A stretch of 63,610 nt of DNA, the filler included, from Ionaspis alba (taxonomy: Eukaryota), in the NCBI GenBank assembly GCA_964255285.1. It is 15 parts of 15 records of this genome, joined end to end, with 100 filler letters (N's around TTAATTAATTAA, not from the genome) between each part and the next. Parts side by side here need not be neighbours in the genome. Positions count along the whole stretch, not along the records: positions 25,835 to 29,988 come from CAXUUL010001132.1; positions 30,089 to 34,235 come from CAXUUL010001133.1; positions 34,336 to 38,470 come from CAXUUL010001134.1; 12 more parts are not named here. One strand, given 5' to 3'. The notes under the pieces were generated by a model. It searched no databases and was not told the origin of the DNA. It saw only the letters and a list, made by a program, of their open reading frames with translations. Made by a program: the position numbers and the translations under genes. Shown here in pieces: positions 26,362-38,570 of this stretch. Position 1 is the stretch's first letter; every line of letters begins with the position of its first letter.

Positions 26362-28288
26362 TTATACATCCATATCTGCATCCTCTGCAAGCACCGTCCC
26401 GTCGTTCCCGTCCTCATCCCTTTCGTTCCCTATCAACATCCCTTTCAAAAACGCCGTAACACCCCGACAATCATCCAAGTTACTGACCAAAGCCACAACC
26501 CCATCCGGTCTAACCAGGCACAGAGCCCCCAGCTTTGTACTCGCCCCAACCGCACCATGCGCCTTTCCACCCACATCCTCAAAGATATCCCATGCGTTCC
26601 TCGAAAACGGCACCGGGAGATCTTGTATCATCAAGAATAAATGCAGCTCCGAATGTACCAGCACAATCTTTACCAGCCCCTCCTCCCTGCCTTCAACCCC
26701 TGCACCAATCCTCAACGGCGAATCCACGGACTCCAGCACCATAGCCAACGAAGCAAACACAGCGGACGTCAACAACTCGCCTACGAAAATCACCAAAGTG
26801 AATCGTCCATCAGTCGGCACTTCATCCAGCAGCTGGACCTCATTCCCATCAATGTGCCTTGTCAGCTTCAGTGGCAGCAGCCTCTTTCCCGGCACCAACG
26901 GTTCAATCCCTTTCTTCACCAACGTCCTGACCTCCTCTTTCACTACCGAGCTCGGCTGATATTGAATCCCGCACCCCGTAATCCAGCCCGCCGCCTCTAG
27001 GAAATTCTGCTCCCCGAGCTGCGTATTTGCACCCGCTCCATTTTGCCTCACAGCAAATTCCTGGTCCATTGCAACTTCGAATTCTAGACAGGCTTTCGCA
27101 AAGGCATGGCGCTCGGTGTGGTATGTAGCGAGGAGATTGGGATTAGCGAGGCTCTTGTGTACGACTGCTAGTTTCCAGGTTAGGTTCCAGGCGTCCATGA
27201 GCCCGCTATTCAGAGACTGTTTTGTCAGTGGACTGTGCGTGTGGGCGGCGTCCCCGAGGAGGAAGATGTGGTGCGTGGGATCCGAGAAATGGGTTGCGAG
27301 GCGCTTCGTTGAGGAATAACGGCCGATATAGTCGATCGAGGAGATAGAGACCGGGTAGGGTGCTAGCACGGCGGTGAGGCGGGAGGACAAGGTCAGTAAT
27401 AGGGTCGTGGAGGAGGCTAGACGTCGGTTGACGGACTGTGGGAGCGATTTCGTATATTCTTTTGCGGTGAGAGTGCTGAGATCTGCGGCGGAGAGCATAG
27501 TGGTGAGGCGGAAGGAGTCACGGGTTTTGTTGGGGACTAACAGACATGAGCCGTGGATGGAGCGGATTCGGACTCGGCGCCTGATGTCCGGGAAGGTGGT
27601 CGAAGCGTGGAGGTCAGCGATGGCCCAGGTGGTCTCTGTGCCAAAGGGCTCTGTTGCGATCGAAGTCAAGCGTCGGACCTTACTATTGGAGCCGTCGGCA
27701 CCGAGGAGGTATGCAGCGTGCCAGACTTCCACTGCACCGGAGACGTGGTTTTTGATGAAAGCGGTTATAGGCCAGAGGCTGAAGTCGAGTGATTCATAGC
27801 TGTAGTCCAGAAGTTCCATCGAGTGGTTGATGGCATGTCCGCGCTTCTTGAGATCAACCTTCAGTGCGCTCTCGACAGCTTCTTGGTCTATGACCAGGGA
27901 ATACGGATAGGGTGTCGGATTAGGATTGTCTGTCCCAATGTTCTCGAGGATCAGCTTTCCCTTGGAGTCTCGTCCCCAGAAGGCGACTTCTCCTACGCGA
28001 TTACCTTTAGACTCCAGATCTTCTCGTAAACCTAGAGTCTGCAAAACTTCGAGAGTCCTGGGCTGTAGACCTATGCTTGGTGTCAGACCTGTAATGTTTC
28101 GTAGTAGATTTGCGGTAATGGTGCGAACAATTTGCATGTCCTATTTGGAGGCCGGAAGGTCGACGATCTATGATCCGAAAATCGACGCCATATCTTGATA
28201 GATTGGTAGCTGCCATCAGTCCAGCTGGTCCACCCCCAACAATCAAGACATCAGTGTAGACCTCTAAACCGTCATTGGAATACGCCAT
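26362..28288 (-). CDS. Phenol 2-monooxygenase-like FAD-dependent monooxygenase (divergent motifs)
   Basis: DVLIVGGGPAGL, LQPRTLEVL, YLLGADGSNSKVRR, FPDIR, FLLGDAAHTHSP, DAWNLTWKLA and a C-terminal dimerisation domain ending LVRPDGVV. One intron near 28130-28075. Confidence 0.9.
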
Positions 28289-28663
28289 GTCAGGCGATCA
28301 GTATATAAACATTGCCAGTGACTTCAAGCGCGGGGCATCCGTTGGGGAAATGGTGACAACGGTCCTCATGTAACTGAGTATTCCCATAGAGCAATGCAGA
28401 GAATGCTAGTCAATGCTAATTCGAGCAGGACAGAACCAGCATGAGAGCTTTATACAAAGTTGCATTCTTATCATCCATGCTTCACGCACAAATGCAAATA
28501 CGTAGGATCAAAGATTTGTCATTCTTCATAAGTGGCTTTGCGCATGTCAAGGAAGTTTGCAAGTCAATTAGCCTTTGCAAAGAGAGTCCAAAAGAGCACG
28601 ACGGCAAATATGTTAGTCATTATGATATGCCAGTGTTGCCATATTCCATGACAACAGGCCAAG

Positions 28664-28763
28664 NNNNNNNNNNNNNNNNNNNNNNNNNNNNNNNNNNNNN
28701 NNNNNNNNNNNNNNNNNNNNNNNNNNNNNNNNNNNNNNNNNNNNNNNNNNNNNNNNNNNNNNN
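28664..28763. other. Plain N100 scaffold gap inside a contig (a second one is at 37314-37413)
   Basis: 100 Ns without the TTAATTAATTAA core. Confidence 0.95.
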
Positions 28764-28853
28764 TTGCTGATCATGATCGACCATAAAATAAGCACGCTCT
28801 GGCAGCAAATGCAGAACACGAAAACAAGCGTGCACTCCCCAAAAGCCTCTCCC

Positions 28854-29564
28854 TCACGTGCAAGAAACGCACGACGTAAACCCAAAAGAACCCGGCCCAT
28901 TATCCGTCTTGTCAACCAACGAACAGAATGTATTCGGATCTCCCGCAGTCGTACACCGATATGGACACGCAACAACCTCCTGCTTCCCATACTGTGTTGA
29001 ACAACTCCCTGCACTGATCGAAAAATTCGACGGTAGAAACGGCGGCTGGAAAACGATGCGTGGACTCGAGCACTGAGGCAGGCAGCGCACGCATCGCGAG
29101 AACATGCTCGTAGTATTGGTTGCGCTGCACACGTCGAAAGGAACCTGTGCTTCGCCGCAGATCCAGGCACAATTGCGGAGACGGTGATTCTTGAAGCCGC
29201 ATGGAGAAGGTCTGGAGCCGAACTTGTCGGTGGTGTTGAAGTAGGTTGCGAGGGGCTGGCATTTGCCGGCTTGGTCCTCGGGTTGATCGGGGATTTCGCA
29301 CTTGACGCAGATGTTCTTGAGCGAGGTTATGGCGGTCGTCGCGGATTGCTGGGTGTAGCATTGAGGTTGGAGTTGTCCTGTTGCGGTGTAGCAGCGGTAG
29401 GGACAGGCGGCAACTTCGCTGGCTGTGGCTCCGCAGGGATAGAAAGGATTGGCGGTGCCGTTGGGGAAGGTTGGGCTTGGTGTTTGGGTTTGTGAGGGTG
29501 CTGCTGATGTGAGAGCTGCAGAGAGGAGGAGGGTAGAAAAGAGCTGCGGCAAAAGGAAGAACAT
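28854..29564 (-). CDS. Secreted cysteine-rich protein (236 aa, 20 Cys) with three 6-Cys repeats
   Basis: Signal peptide MFFLLPQLFSTLLLSAALTSA-AP. Repeated EVxACPYRC...CVxC units. Intronless ORF. Confidence 0.85.
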   Translation of the reverse strand: MFFLLPQLFSTLLLSAALTSAAPSQTQTPSPTFPNGTANPFYPCGATASEVAACPYRCYTATGQLQPQCYTQQSATTAITSLKNICVKCEIPDQPEDQAGKCQPLATYFNTTDKFGSRPSPCGFKNHRLRNCAWICGEAQVPFDVCSATNTTSMFSRCVRCLPQCSSPRIVFQPPFLPSNFSISAGSCSTQYGKQEVVACPYRCTTAGDPNTFCSLVDKTDNGPGSFGFTSCVSCT

Positions 29565-30103
29565 AGTGAATGGATTGACTGTTGAGCTTGTGTAGTGCTT
29601 TGAGGGACTCTCTCAACGAGATTGAAAATTCATGAATTCAGTTCTTCTGATCAATGTCAAGTATGCGTTGTTTGGAAGAGTTGCAAAGGTCCCCCACTTG
29701 GATGTGGCAGAGGATGTGCAGCGGCTTAAGTCTTGTGAAAAAGAAATCGAGGTGGTTAAGAAATACGAGGAAAACTAAAGTAGTCTTTCCGAATTGAGCC
29801 AAACGAGACTATTACCTGCATGTACGGGATGGCGGGTTACAGACAACCGTCATTCTCACACTGGCCTTCCAGTCATGATCCTACCGTATGGGCTCGGATT
29901 TATACGAGGCGGCGGGAATTTTAATCCTGTCACTGGATAGTCGTCTAGCGCTATCGTGTCACCTGTCACAGGGTCAACCAGTTAGTGTNNNNNNNNNNNN
30001 NNNNNNNNNNNNNNNNNNNNNNNNNNNNNNNNTTAATTAATTAANNNNNNNNNNNNNNNNNNNNNNNNNNNNNNNNNNNNNNNNNNNNATAGTAATGTAT
30101 CAA

Positions 30104-30772
30104 CTACAGCTTACTCCCCGTCTGAAATCTCCACGGCACCACCACTTCCACTATTCTATCCCTTCCTCCAACCCCAACTTCCTCACAGTCCTCTTCTGGC
30201 ACGCCATTGACAAACTGCGTCACCAAAAAGCTCACATTCCTCCTTCCCAGCGCAATCATGGGCGCATGCCACGTCCCCATCCCATACGTAACCGCCTGAT
30301 CCCCTCTCGCCAGAAAAGCCTTTGCATGCTGCATATCCGGACCTCCAATCCCGGAACCCAAGCTCGGGAGTGCAGGGGCTACTACGACCAAATATCCAGC
30401 TTTAGCGTCCCTGGCATTAAGACCAAGAGGCGAGAAAGTCTGCGTGGTGTAGGGATGCCGTTCCATGACCTTGAGAGCTAATAACCCGAGCACTGGCTCT
30501 GAAGCACTAGCAATTCCACTTTGATAAATCTGTAGCGGCCGCGGCGTGCAGACAAAGAGCGTCATAGCAGCCTGGCCTGGTTTCCCACTCGGAGCGGCAT
30601 GGTAGCCGTTGTGAAGGGGAGAGATGTTAGGGTACTTCAAGGCGGTGCCTTGGTTTGCGGTCTGGCCTGTGACGGTAGCGCCAGGGGTATTGGCGGGGTT
30701 GGATATCACATGGCCGAACGAGGAGAAGGATTGAGGAGTCAGAGGTGTGGGATGAAGGAGGAAAGGCTCCAT
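30104..30772 (-). CDS. DAL3: Ureidoglycolate lyase/hydrolase (Dal3/AllA family) with C-terminal PTS1 (SKL)
   Basis: PLTPQSFSSFGHVI, ANQGTALK, MERHPYTTQTFSPL, QAVTYGMGTWHAPMI and QFVNGVPEEDCEE. The protein ends -GSKL. Confidence 0.9.
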   Translation of the reverse strand: MEPFLLHPTPLTPQSFSSFGHVISNPANTPGATVTGQTANQGTALKYPNISPLHNGYHAAPSGKPGQAAMTLFVCTPRPLQIYQSGIASASEPVLGLLALKVMERHPYTTQTFSPLGLNARDAKAGYLVVVAPALPSLGSGIGGPDMQHAKAFLARGDQAVTYGMGTWHAPMIALGRRNVSFLVTQFVNGVPEEDCEEVGVGGRDRIVEVVVPWRFQTGSKL

Positions 30773-31392
30773 GCTCTTCCTTGTACTTCTCAATAACGAC
30801 TAGTCGAAGAGGAACGCTGAAGATAGACCTCGGGTGTAGCGGCTAATTGCGCGCTTACTCGCACTTAGGTTGGTGGAGGATTTGGAGCTGGAGCACGCTT
30901 CCCTGATACATGAGATGGCAAACCAGGCCAGCTGCGACAAAATCTTAGTGCATGGAGTGTCAGCTTCTGATGCGAGAATATCTCTGTCTTACGATGTAAT
31001 GGCGAGCAACTGCTGATTTGCTTGACGAAGATCCCGAACTGGAAGGTACAACCGTGCAATTATTTATCTTAGATTATAGGCATTTTGCTATACTGACAAC
31101 AAGCCTAGTGCGTGATCTCTTTTGTTGGGGGAACCCAGAGATCTTGGAATCCTCCCAAGATGGAAGGCAGCAATCCTCAAGTTTTATCCTTCGAGCTGGC
31201 GCACCATATCAGGTCCAAATTCGATGATAGATGGCTAGATGCCGCAAAACATGCCTTGACATCGCCCTACGATGTCTAGCTCGAAAAGAGACAGGTGGCC
31301 GTCAGCTTACCTACCTCTTCACCGGCGATTGAACCTCTATAGCGCCAAGCCCCATAACTTCCGTTTCCTCAGACACCGACCACGCCGACCCT

Positions 31393-32872
31393 TCAGAAGA
31401 ACCCAAACTCCGCACCCGCATCCCCGGTCGACCTCGCAGCCGCCTTCGCCATGTCAAGCCTCAGTCGCTGGCTCCTCCCTCGGCCCACTGACCCATTGTC
31501 GATAACCGTCAACACGCTTCTAGCCTCACTCGGAGGACGGGGACTATCGGCCGATACTCTTCCTAGTGGTTCGGCGTCATCACCGGGATTGAATGAGAAG
31601 CCACGACGGTGGCGATCAGTGCTGCGTGTTTGGGGCCGGGTGCGAACGTTCTCCTCGCATTTGGAGGGACGAGTTAAGGTGGGCTTGGTGCCTGTCAACT
31701 CGTTCTCAGGGTGTTTCCAGATTGAGGGGATGGGTATTTGCTCTCCTGGTATCTCTAGTCGGGATGACCAGCTTGCTGTTGTGGCGGCGTGGCTGGCGAG
31801 AATGGTGGCGATGTCGAGAAAGATAGTTTCGGAATCCGTCCCTACGCCGTGGACTCTCACGTACTCTGTCAAGTGCACGGCAAGCTTCTCGTTTTGTGGA
31901 TTGCGGAGATAGTGGTCTCTTTCCTCTTCTTCGTCGGGTAGTAAGTCGCCGTGGATGCTTGAGCTATCGCTACCGTCTAGGCTCAGAGATTCTCTGGGCT
32001 GTTTGTGGTATAATGGCGTGAGTGGCTCGAGAGTGTCATCCGGCGGGCTCTGATCTTCCAGGTGTGGCGAAGGAGTCTGGAGTATCGTGGTGCCTGATTT
32101 CGATGAAGCTTTCAGGAATTTGCGACTCAGCTTTGCCATGCTACGAGAGGGTGAGGAAGACCATTGTTTGCTGAATGCTGCTAACAGTTAGTATCTGCAA
32201 ACACTCCTGGACATGAGTCGGCACACCTCTGCTCTTGTTGGGGTTCATGCGGCCTTCTCCATCAGCTGCTTCCTCACTGCTCCTTGCATTACCCCAATAT
32301 TCATTGTTCTCGTTGTCCAGGCTAGATTCTAGCCCTTCAAGCTCATCTTCTTGCGCGCTAATGCTGGCTGCCTGCGAGATCCTAAGCTCTTCGAGCTCGG
32401 TTCGATGGCGTTCTTCCTCGGTCTTCAGCTTCTTCACCAACTCATGCTTGTCCTTTGACAGATGCCAGTGTTCTTCGAGGAGCTTGGAAAGCAAGCTACC
32501 ATAACGTGTTGGTAGATCCTCAAACGGATGAGCTTGGAGTCTTCTCATCAAGCAATCACACATTTCTCTGCTGATGGGCTCGAGGACTTGTTCTTGCTCA
32601 GCTGGCATCAACCAATCTGGCTCGTGAGATGCAGCCTCTACTTTTTGAGCGAGATTGTGACCGTGACCGCGATGAGTATGGGTGGTGAGGTAGGTTGCAA
32701 GACGGCTCTTCGGACGAGGTCGTTCAGCTTCCTCTGGCGGACTCTGAGATGACTTTGTCTTCTTGATTGGCTTGTTCTCTTCTGTGATGGCTTCTTGACT
32801 TGGGAAGCTTGCTGGAGTTTTAGGGCGATTGCCTGTTACTTTGCGGCGCCATTCTTTCGTGAGCTCGCTCAT
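31393..32872 (-). CDS. Hypothetical fungal protein (2 exons; coiled coil plus an HRRGFSFNPGDD segment)
   Basis: Two long ORFs are joined by an intron with a CTAAC branch point near 32190. No assignable function. Confidence 0.6.
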
Positions 32873-33476
32873 CTTCGAAGTTAGCTCTACGCATTGATGG
32901 TTGAATATTCACCCAGAGCAAATATAGGCGGCTAAGAAGCGCAACATAATTTTGAGTTATTCGCAGATAGAATGAGCTTGATGAGCTCTTCTTTTATGTT
33001 TGTGGTTTTACTGAAGCGCGTGTTGATGAAGGTTGTAGACATTAAGCGAACTTTCGACCTCGTTCTCCAAACTCTAAAACAATTGACTGCCTCGTGTATT
33101 CACTAAGATAGTGAATTTCGCCACCACATTCAAACCTGCGCGAACTCCACTCATCTCTGATGATGCTGAGATCCTTGAAAGGCTTAATTCCTTAGGCAAT
33201 AGTCGACGATGACCGGCGTGCAAAGCAGGGAAAGCTAACCCGTGGGTGAACCTGGAGGCTATAGTGAAATCACCATTGTGGAGAATCTGAAATATGACAC
33301 TACGTGGCAGCAAAGACGATGAAATGTGGTTGGTCTTAAATATGGCTAGCCTGCTCAAAGCAATACAGGTTTGCCGCGGATCAGTTCCGAGACTATTGGT
33401 GCTCATTCATAAAATATACGTGGCTGTCTCTAGTAGCCAGATCTATTCCACCGACGAGTCCATCGAGACCCTTCGC

Positions 33477-34235
33477 TTATAGGTAGAGTGGGTCGACCTC
33501 CAGGACTTCATCAAGATTCTCCGGGTTGCAAGGCAGGACAACATCCCTGATATGCCAGACCTGCTGATTCCTTTCTCTGACAAGGTCGCTATCAATGTTG
33601 TAGCAACCACGCAATGACAGTATCTAGAAATCGTTAGCACACTTTCAGAGATCTGCTTAGACATCGGCTCGCGAGCGTACTCACCTCCAGACTTGTCAGA
33701 TCATCAATACACACCAAAATCCGTCCATCGATCTCAACAGTCGTATTCTGCGTAAAGCACAAAACCTTCAGCCTCCTCCCGTTCTCGCTCCCCGCCAGAA
33801 ACTCAAAGAATTCCCTCGTCAACATCAAACACTTCCGCAACCTCAAATCTGTAATCTTCGGATTCTCCTCGCAAATCCTCTGCAACTGATAATCCGTGAT
33901 ACCCGCCCGCTCCAAATTCAGACTCTCCAGCCTACCTAGAAACTTCCCCCCTTTCTTGCCCGGGTACAGCGCATTCCAGACCGTCGACCCAGGCGCCGTC
34001 CTCCAAAACAGGCGATCCACATCCGCTGGACGCGTATGCGGGTGATCGAGTCGGATGGACAGATGGCGTAGATTGCGCATCTGACCAATGGACCCCGCAA
34101 GCTGGTGGTGCAAGTCCCAGAGCGCGATTTCGAGCGTGCGTAGCGGGTGCTGATATTTGCTTACGGCTTGGAAGAGGATGAGGTTCTGGGCGCGGATGAC
34201 CATTTCTTTGGTGCAACTGGCTGACTTGGGCAGGA
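33477..34235 (-). CDS. Leucine-rich-repeat (RNI/F-box-LRR-like) protein, 5'-truncated
   Basis: LRHLSIRL, LESLNLERAGITD, ITDLRLRKC, then a GTGAGT intron and ILSLRGCYNID...EVDPLYL*. Confidence 0.7.
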
Positions 34236-34335
34236 NNNNNNNNNNNNNNNNNNNNNNNNNNNNNNNNNNNNNNNNNNNNTTAATTAATTAANNNNNNNNN
34301 NNNNNNNNNNNNNNNNNNNNNNNNNNNNNNNNNNN

Positions 34336-37128
34336 CCCATCCACCCACCTTCCCCGCTACCATCAACCCGACCCCTACAACCGCAAATAGCAAACTCGCC
34401 ACCACCCCCACCACACCCCCAATATCAGCTGTCACCGCATACCGTCTCCTGCGCGTGAGCTCAAGCACCCATGCCAGAACAAGTAGCGCGAAAGACGCGA
34501 CAAAAGCGCCGATGCAGCAGCGGAAGAGCAGCGCTTCGCGGACTGCGAGCGCTTGTCGGGTGGCGGGCGAGTAATTGTTGGCGGTGGTGGTGCCGATGGG
34601 ATGAGGAAACGTGTTGTACTGTCGAGGGCGTGTAGGCGAGCTTGAAGAGTCGGAGTCGAGATCGGAGTCTAGGGCTGGGTCTTCGGTGGCGGGACGGTGG
34701 GCGAAGTAATCCGTCAGTAAAGGTTGGCAATCTTGGTGACTAGGCTCGAAGGCAGGGTGGAACCAGGCGCGGAGCTTTTCGGCAGTTTCGTGCATGGACT
34801 CCCTGATGGCATTGAAGACTTTGGACATGGTGGCGGCTCCGGGGAAGGTACTCGGAGCGTTGGGGTCGATGAAAATGGTGTAGGCTTCATTGGGAGGCGC
34901 TTCATCGCCATCGTCGAACTCGTTCCAGTAGCGTTGCTGAGGGTCGTGTGCAGTTGCGATTTGGCAGCGGATTGGGTATTCTTTTCTCGTTCGGCGTTTT
35001 TTCTTAAAGGACTTGAGGGGTGGGATTTCGAGTTGGTCTGGGACGGATGTAGCGGGTGATTCGGGAGGGGCTGCCGAAAAGCCACTGCTGTTCGGATCGT
35101 CGCCGATGGATGTGGCGGAGGTGGAGGCTGGACGGATGGAAGCTGATTCGGGGGAGCGTTGAGTGCTTGATTGGCGACGGGAGAGGGAGATTGGCGGAGG
35201 GATTTTGCGGATGTCGCGGTGGAGAGCTGGGAGCTGAGAAGAAATTAGTGAACGCCTGCAGGATTCGATGGGGAGAAAAGCTTACCCAGAACGGAGCGGG
35301 CATGCCCGAGGGCTTGCAGAGTGTGGCTACGGCGTGTGTCTCCAACGAAAACCCTCGCACTCTCTCTGTCTGCGCCATGGGTTAGATGCCGAGTTTTGGA
35401 TATGAGGGTCGCACTTACGAGATGGCACCCATCCAATGCCTGGACAAGATCCGGCCTGCTTTCGCCTTCCCACCTTACCTCCAGCACAGCGAAAGGGAAG
35501 AGATCAGGTGTTGCTTCATTAGTAGTTGTATGTGATGTTGTAAATTCGTTCAAGTCATCAAAGGAAGATCTCTTCATTGACACGTCTTGGTCCAGCACGG
35601 CCCACGTTCCGTGAGCTTTGTTATTGCCCAGACCCACGAAGCGCGATCGTCTGCAGCGAAGATGGACCAGGGGTCGGATATCGTGGTGTTCGTGAAGCCA
35701 TTGTCGTACGGTGAAGAAGTCTTGGTCAAAGGATCTCGACTCCTTCAGACCGCTATTAGCGCGTGTTTTTGATGCGGTTGGGGAATCTTGGTCGAATAGT
35801 TGTGATAGTGCCTTGCGCTTCAGCTTTGCCTTCTTCATTGAAGTGATAGTCCGAAAGCTGGAGATCTCCGAGGTATTTGAAGGTGTTCCTACAGCCACAA
35901 TCGCTTCTCCGGTCGAAGAGTATCTGATGCTGGTGGCGGCTCCCTCAACGACGTTCCCCGGTAGCGTCTCAATTTCACTAACGGTTGCGTTGTTACGGCG
36001 TCTTGCAAAGCTGTTGAGGTCATCGCAAACAATGGTCCCTGCTTCGTCCTCCATGTCAGCTATACGCCCATCGATTGAGCCACGAACGGAGCCTCTCCGC
36101 GATGAGCTAACACTTGCTGGAGAGGTAGGTGAAGGAGCATCGGCATTTCTTCTTCGAAGTCTAGTATGTTGTAGCAGGAGAACGTAGAGTTGAACGATGT
36201 TATCGGGATGAACCCAGTAAGCAGCTTTGCCTGCTGTCCTTCCTAGAGGAATGGTTGCGAGTGCGGTGTCGACATCGACATCAGAACCAGTCTTGTTGAT
36301 GGCATACAACTGAGCTGCACTCGTCAATTCCGTTTCATTGACGTTGCTGTCCTTGCGGTAATCATGAGAAGTCTCTAGTCCACTACCATCTGGTCTCGTT
36401 TTTGTACCTCCAGCAACTGACTCTGTATCTCTGCTATCGCCAGCATTCAGCTTCCACGACAAGCCAGCCTCAAACGGCGCCCTCACTGCGGCTAGTACGT
36501 CCGTCCATTGAGCTAACAATTGGGAAAAGTCCGTTTGAGAGAAGCTTTTAGGTCGACCAAGAACTTCGTTCTGGAAGCGCACACCTAGAGTCGACGAACT
36601 GGTCCATTTCTTGTATTTCTTCAGCAGCTTGGCAAACGCTGTGCGTTGTGCTCCAACAAATCTGGCAAGAGACTGGATGTCTTCTCCAGCTTTCAGAACG
36701 TCTCCTTCAACTCTGGAATATTTCTCCAGTCGCCTCACGGATATCCTCTTCCTGCCAACGAATTGATCTTGTTGTTCCAATTGAACGATTTGCCTGTTCA
36801 GATGATCCAGACGTCTCTTGATCTCACCCGACTTGCTCCGTACGAAGAGGTCAATTCGTTGATGTTGTTCCAGCAATTCTGCGTAGAGCTCCTTCTCAAA
36901 ATCTTCTGATCTCCTGCTGTCGTCATTCTTCCCTGGGATTGAGATGGCTTTCGCTTGGGTGTTGGATGTTCGTAGCTTGATAAGACGTTTGATTTCGTTG
37001 TAGTCGAGATTGTCTAGATCGCAAAGCCTAAGTCAGATATGTACCATGGCTCAATTGAAAGGGAAACATGTCTCACAAATGCCCCACTCGGGAATGGACC
37101 GCTGCTGAAGCGTGTCCCCGTATTTCAT
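34336..37128 (-). CDS. SPX-domain protein with a divergent VTC (polyphosphate polymerase-like) domain and C-terminal TM helices; 3' end at the contig edge
   Basis: SPX: MKYGDTL...IPEW..NLDYNEIKRLIK and AFAKLLKKYKK. VTC-like: YWVHPDN and FPFAVLEVRW. Two hydrophobic helices near 34350-34520. Confidence 0.85.
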
Positions 37129-37413
37129 ATCCCGTCACGTCGTCCGAAAGTGACCATATGGAGAGACTTGGAAATTGCACAACTTGCTGCAAGGAGAGGG
37201 TGGGAAGAATGCGCAGTGGCAATCGCCACTTCTGTGGGGTGGTTAAAAGAAATATGTATGTGATGAAGCCGTTACAAATATTAATTATCTTGGTCACACA
37301 CCCTGGAGCTGCANNNNNNNNNNNNNNNNNNNNNNNNNNNNNNNNNNNNNNNNNNNNNNNNNNNNNNNNNNNNNNNNNNNNNNNNNNNNNNNNNNNNNNN
37401 NNNNNNNNNNNNN

Positions 37414-38470
37414 CAGTTTTCACAGCCTTCCCATCCACATCCCGCACCTCCCCGTTCTTCCCAATAACCTTGACCCCGCCCCTTTTCAATTCCGTAACCA
37501 CCTCCTTCTTTTTCTTCGCTTTCTCCGCCCCCTTTCCACCCTCCTTAGGCCCCTCTCTACCACCACCGCCACTCTTTCTAATTCTCTCCTTCTCCCTCCG
37601 CCTCCTTCTCAACTTCTGCTCCCTCGTCATCTCCTCCCTAGCAACCATCCCCTGCCCTCCAACAACCTCCTCCTTCGTCCTCTCCTCCCCAACCCTAAAC
37701 ACTTCCTGCGGCGCCAATCTAGTCTCGCCACCGCCCACATCCCCAACGCCTCTAACCCCGCTTGGTCTTGCATCCTCCATTCTTACTGCCGGCACATCGC
37801 TCACAACACCTATCTTGATCTCCGCTGGCTTCGGCCGGTAATGCCAGCTGCTCAACGCGTCCAATTTCCCTGCCACCTCCTTCCACAAGCGCTCGATCTC
37901 TGCATGCTCCTTTTTCAATATCGCATCCCGCTTGTCGACATGACCTGAGGGATCCACATTCTTAAGATGCTCCTCTTCGTAGATATCTGCCAGACCCCTC
38001 GTATCCTTCGTATCCTCTAGCTCGAAGCGACCCCGACGAGCCTCAGCGCCACCGAGTGGAATACTATCCGGCCGGCGTTTGATTACTTCGTCAAATTCGC
38101 GAGCCAGAATCCGTCGCTTTATTAGCGCTTCGATGTCTTCGCTGACTTCGGCTGTGATCACCGGGACGGGTTTGCCGGCTCGCTCGAAGTCGAGGTCTTC
38201 TTCAAGGAGGGAGTTGATGGGTCGTTCGGCTGCGCGGGCTTCGCCTGAGAGCGTCCAGTCCCGTTGGGCGATAGATGCGGCTTCCAGAGCACGAATTTGA
38301 GCTGCCAGAGCTCGTTGCCGCTTCTCGTGGGAAGAAAGACGCGAGACGGGATCTGCAGCATCGGCTTCTTCCCCAGAGTTCTGCGAAAGGTCGTCCTCGA
38401 AGATGTCTCGCCGGACGGCAGAGATCGTGCGCTGGATGTCGTCTTCTGTTGGTGCAGAAGGAGGAGGTTG
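37414..38470 (-). CDS. MPP10: U3 snoRNP protein Mpp10 (C-terminal part, truncated)
   Basis: SSHEKRQ, WTLSGEARAAERPINSLLEEDLDFER, IEALIKRRI...FDEV, LDALSSWHYRPKP and LAPQEV. Confidence 0.93.
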
Positions 38471-38570
38471 NNNNNNNNNNNNNNNNNNNNNNNNNNNNNN
38501 NNNNNNNNNNNNNNTTAATTAATTAANNNNNNNNNNNNNNNNNNNNNNNNNNNNNNNNNNNNNNNNNNNN

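Noticed and set aside
26357..27799. Long antisense ORFs over the monooxygenase (similar ones over the MFS, Spa2, SPX, ham-8-like and Cys-rich genes)
   Set aside because: Shadow ORFs expected from biased codon usage on the coding strand. They show no independent motifs.
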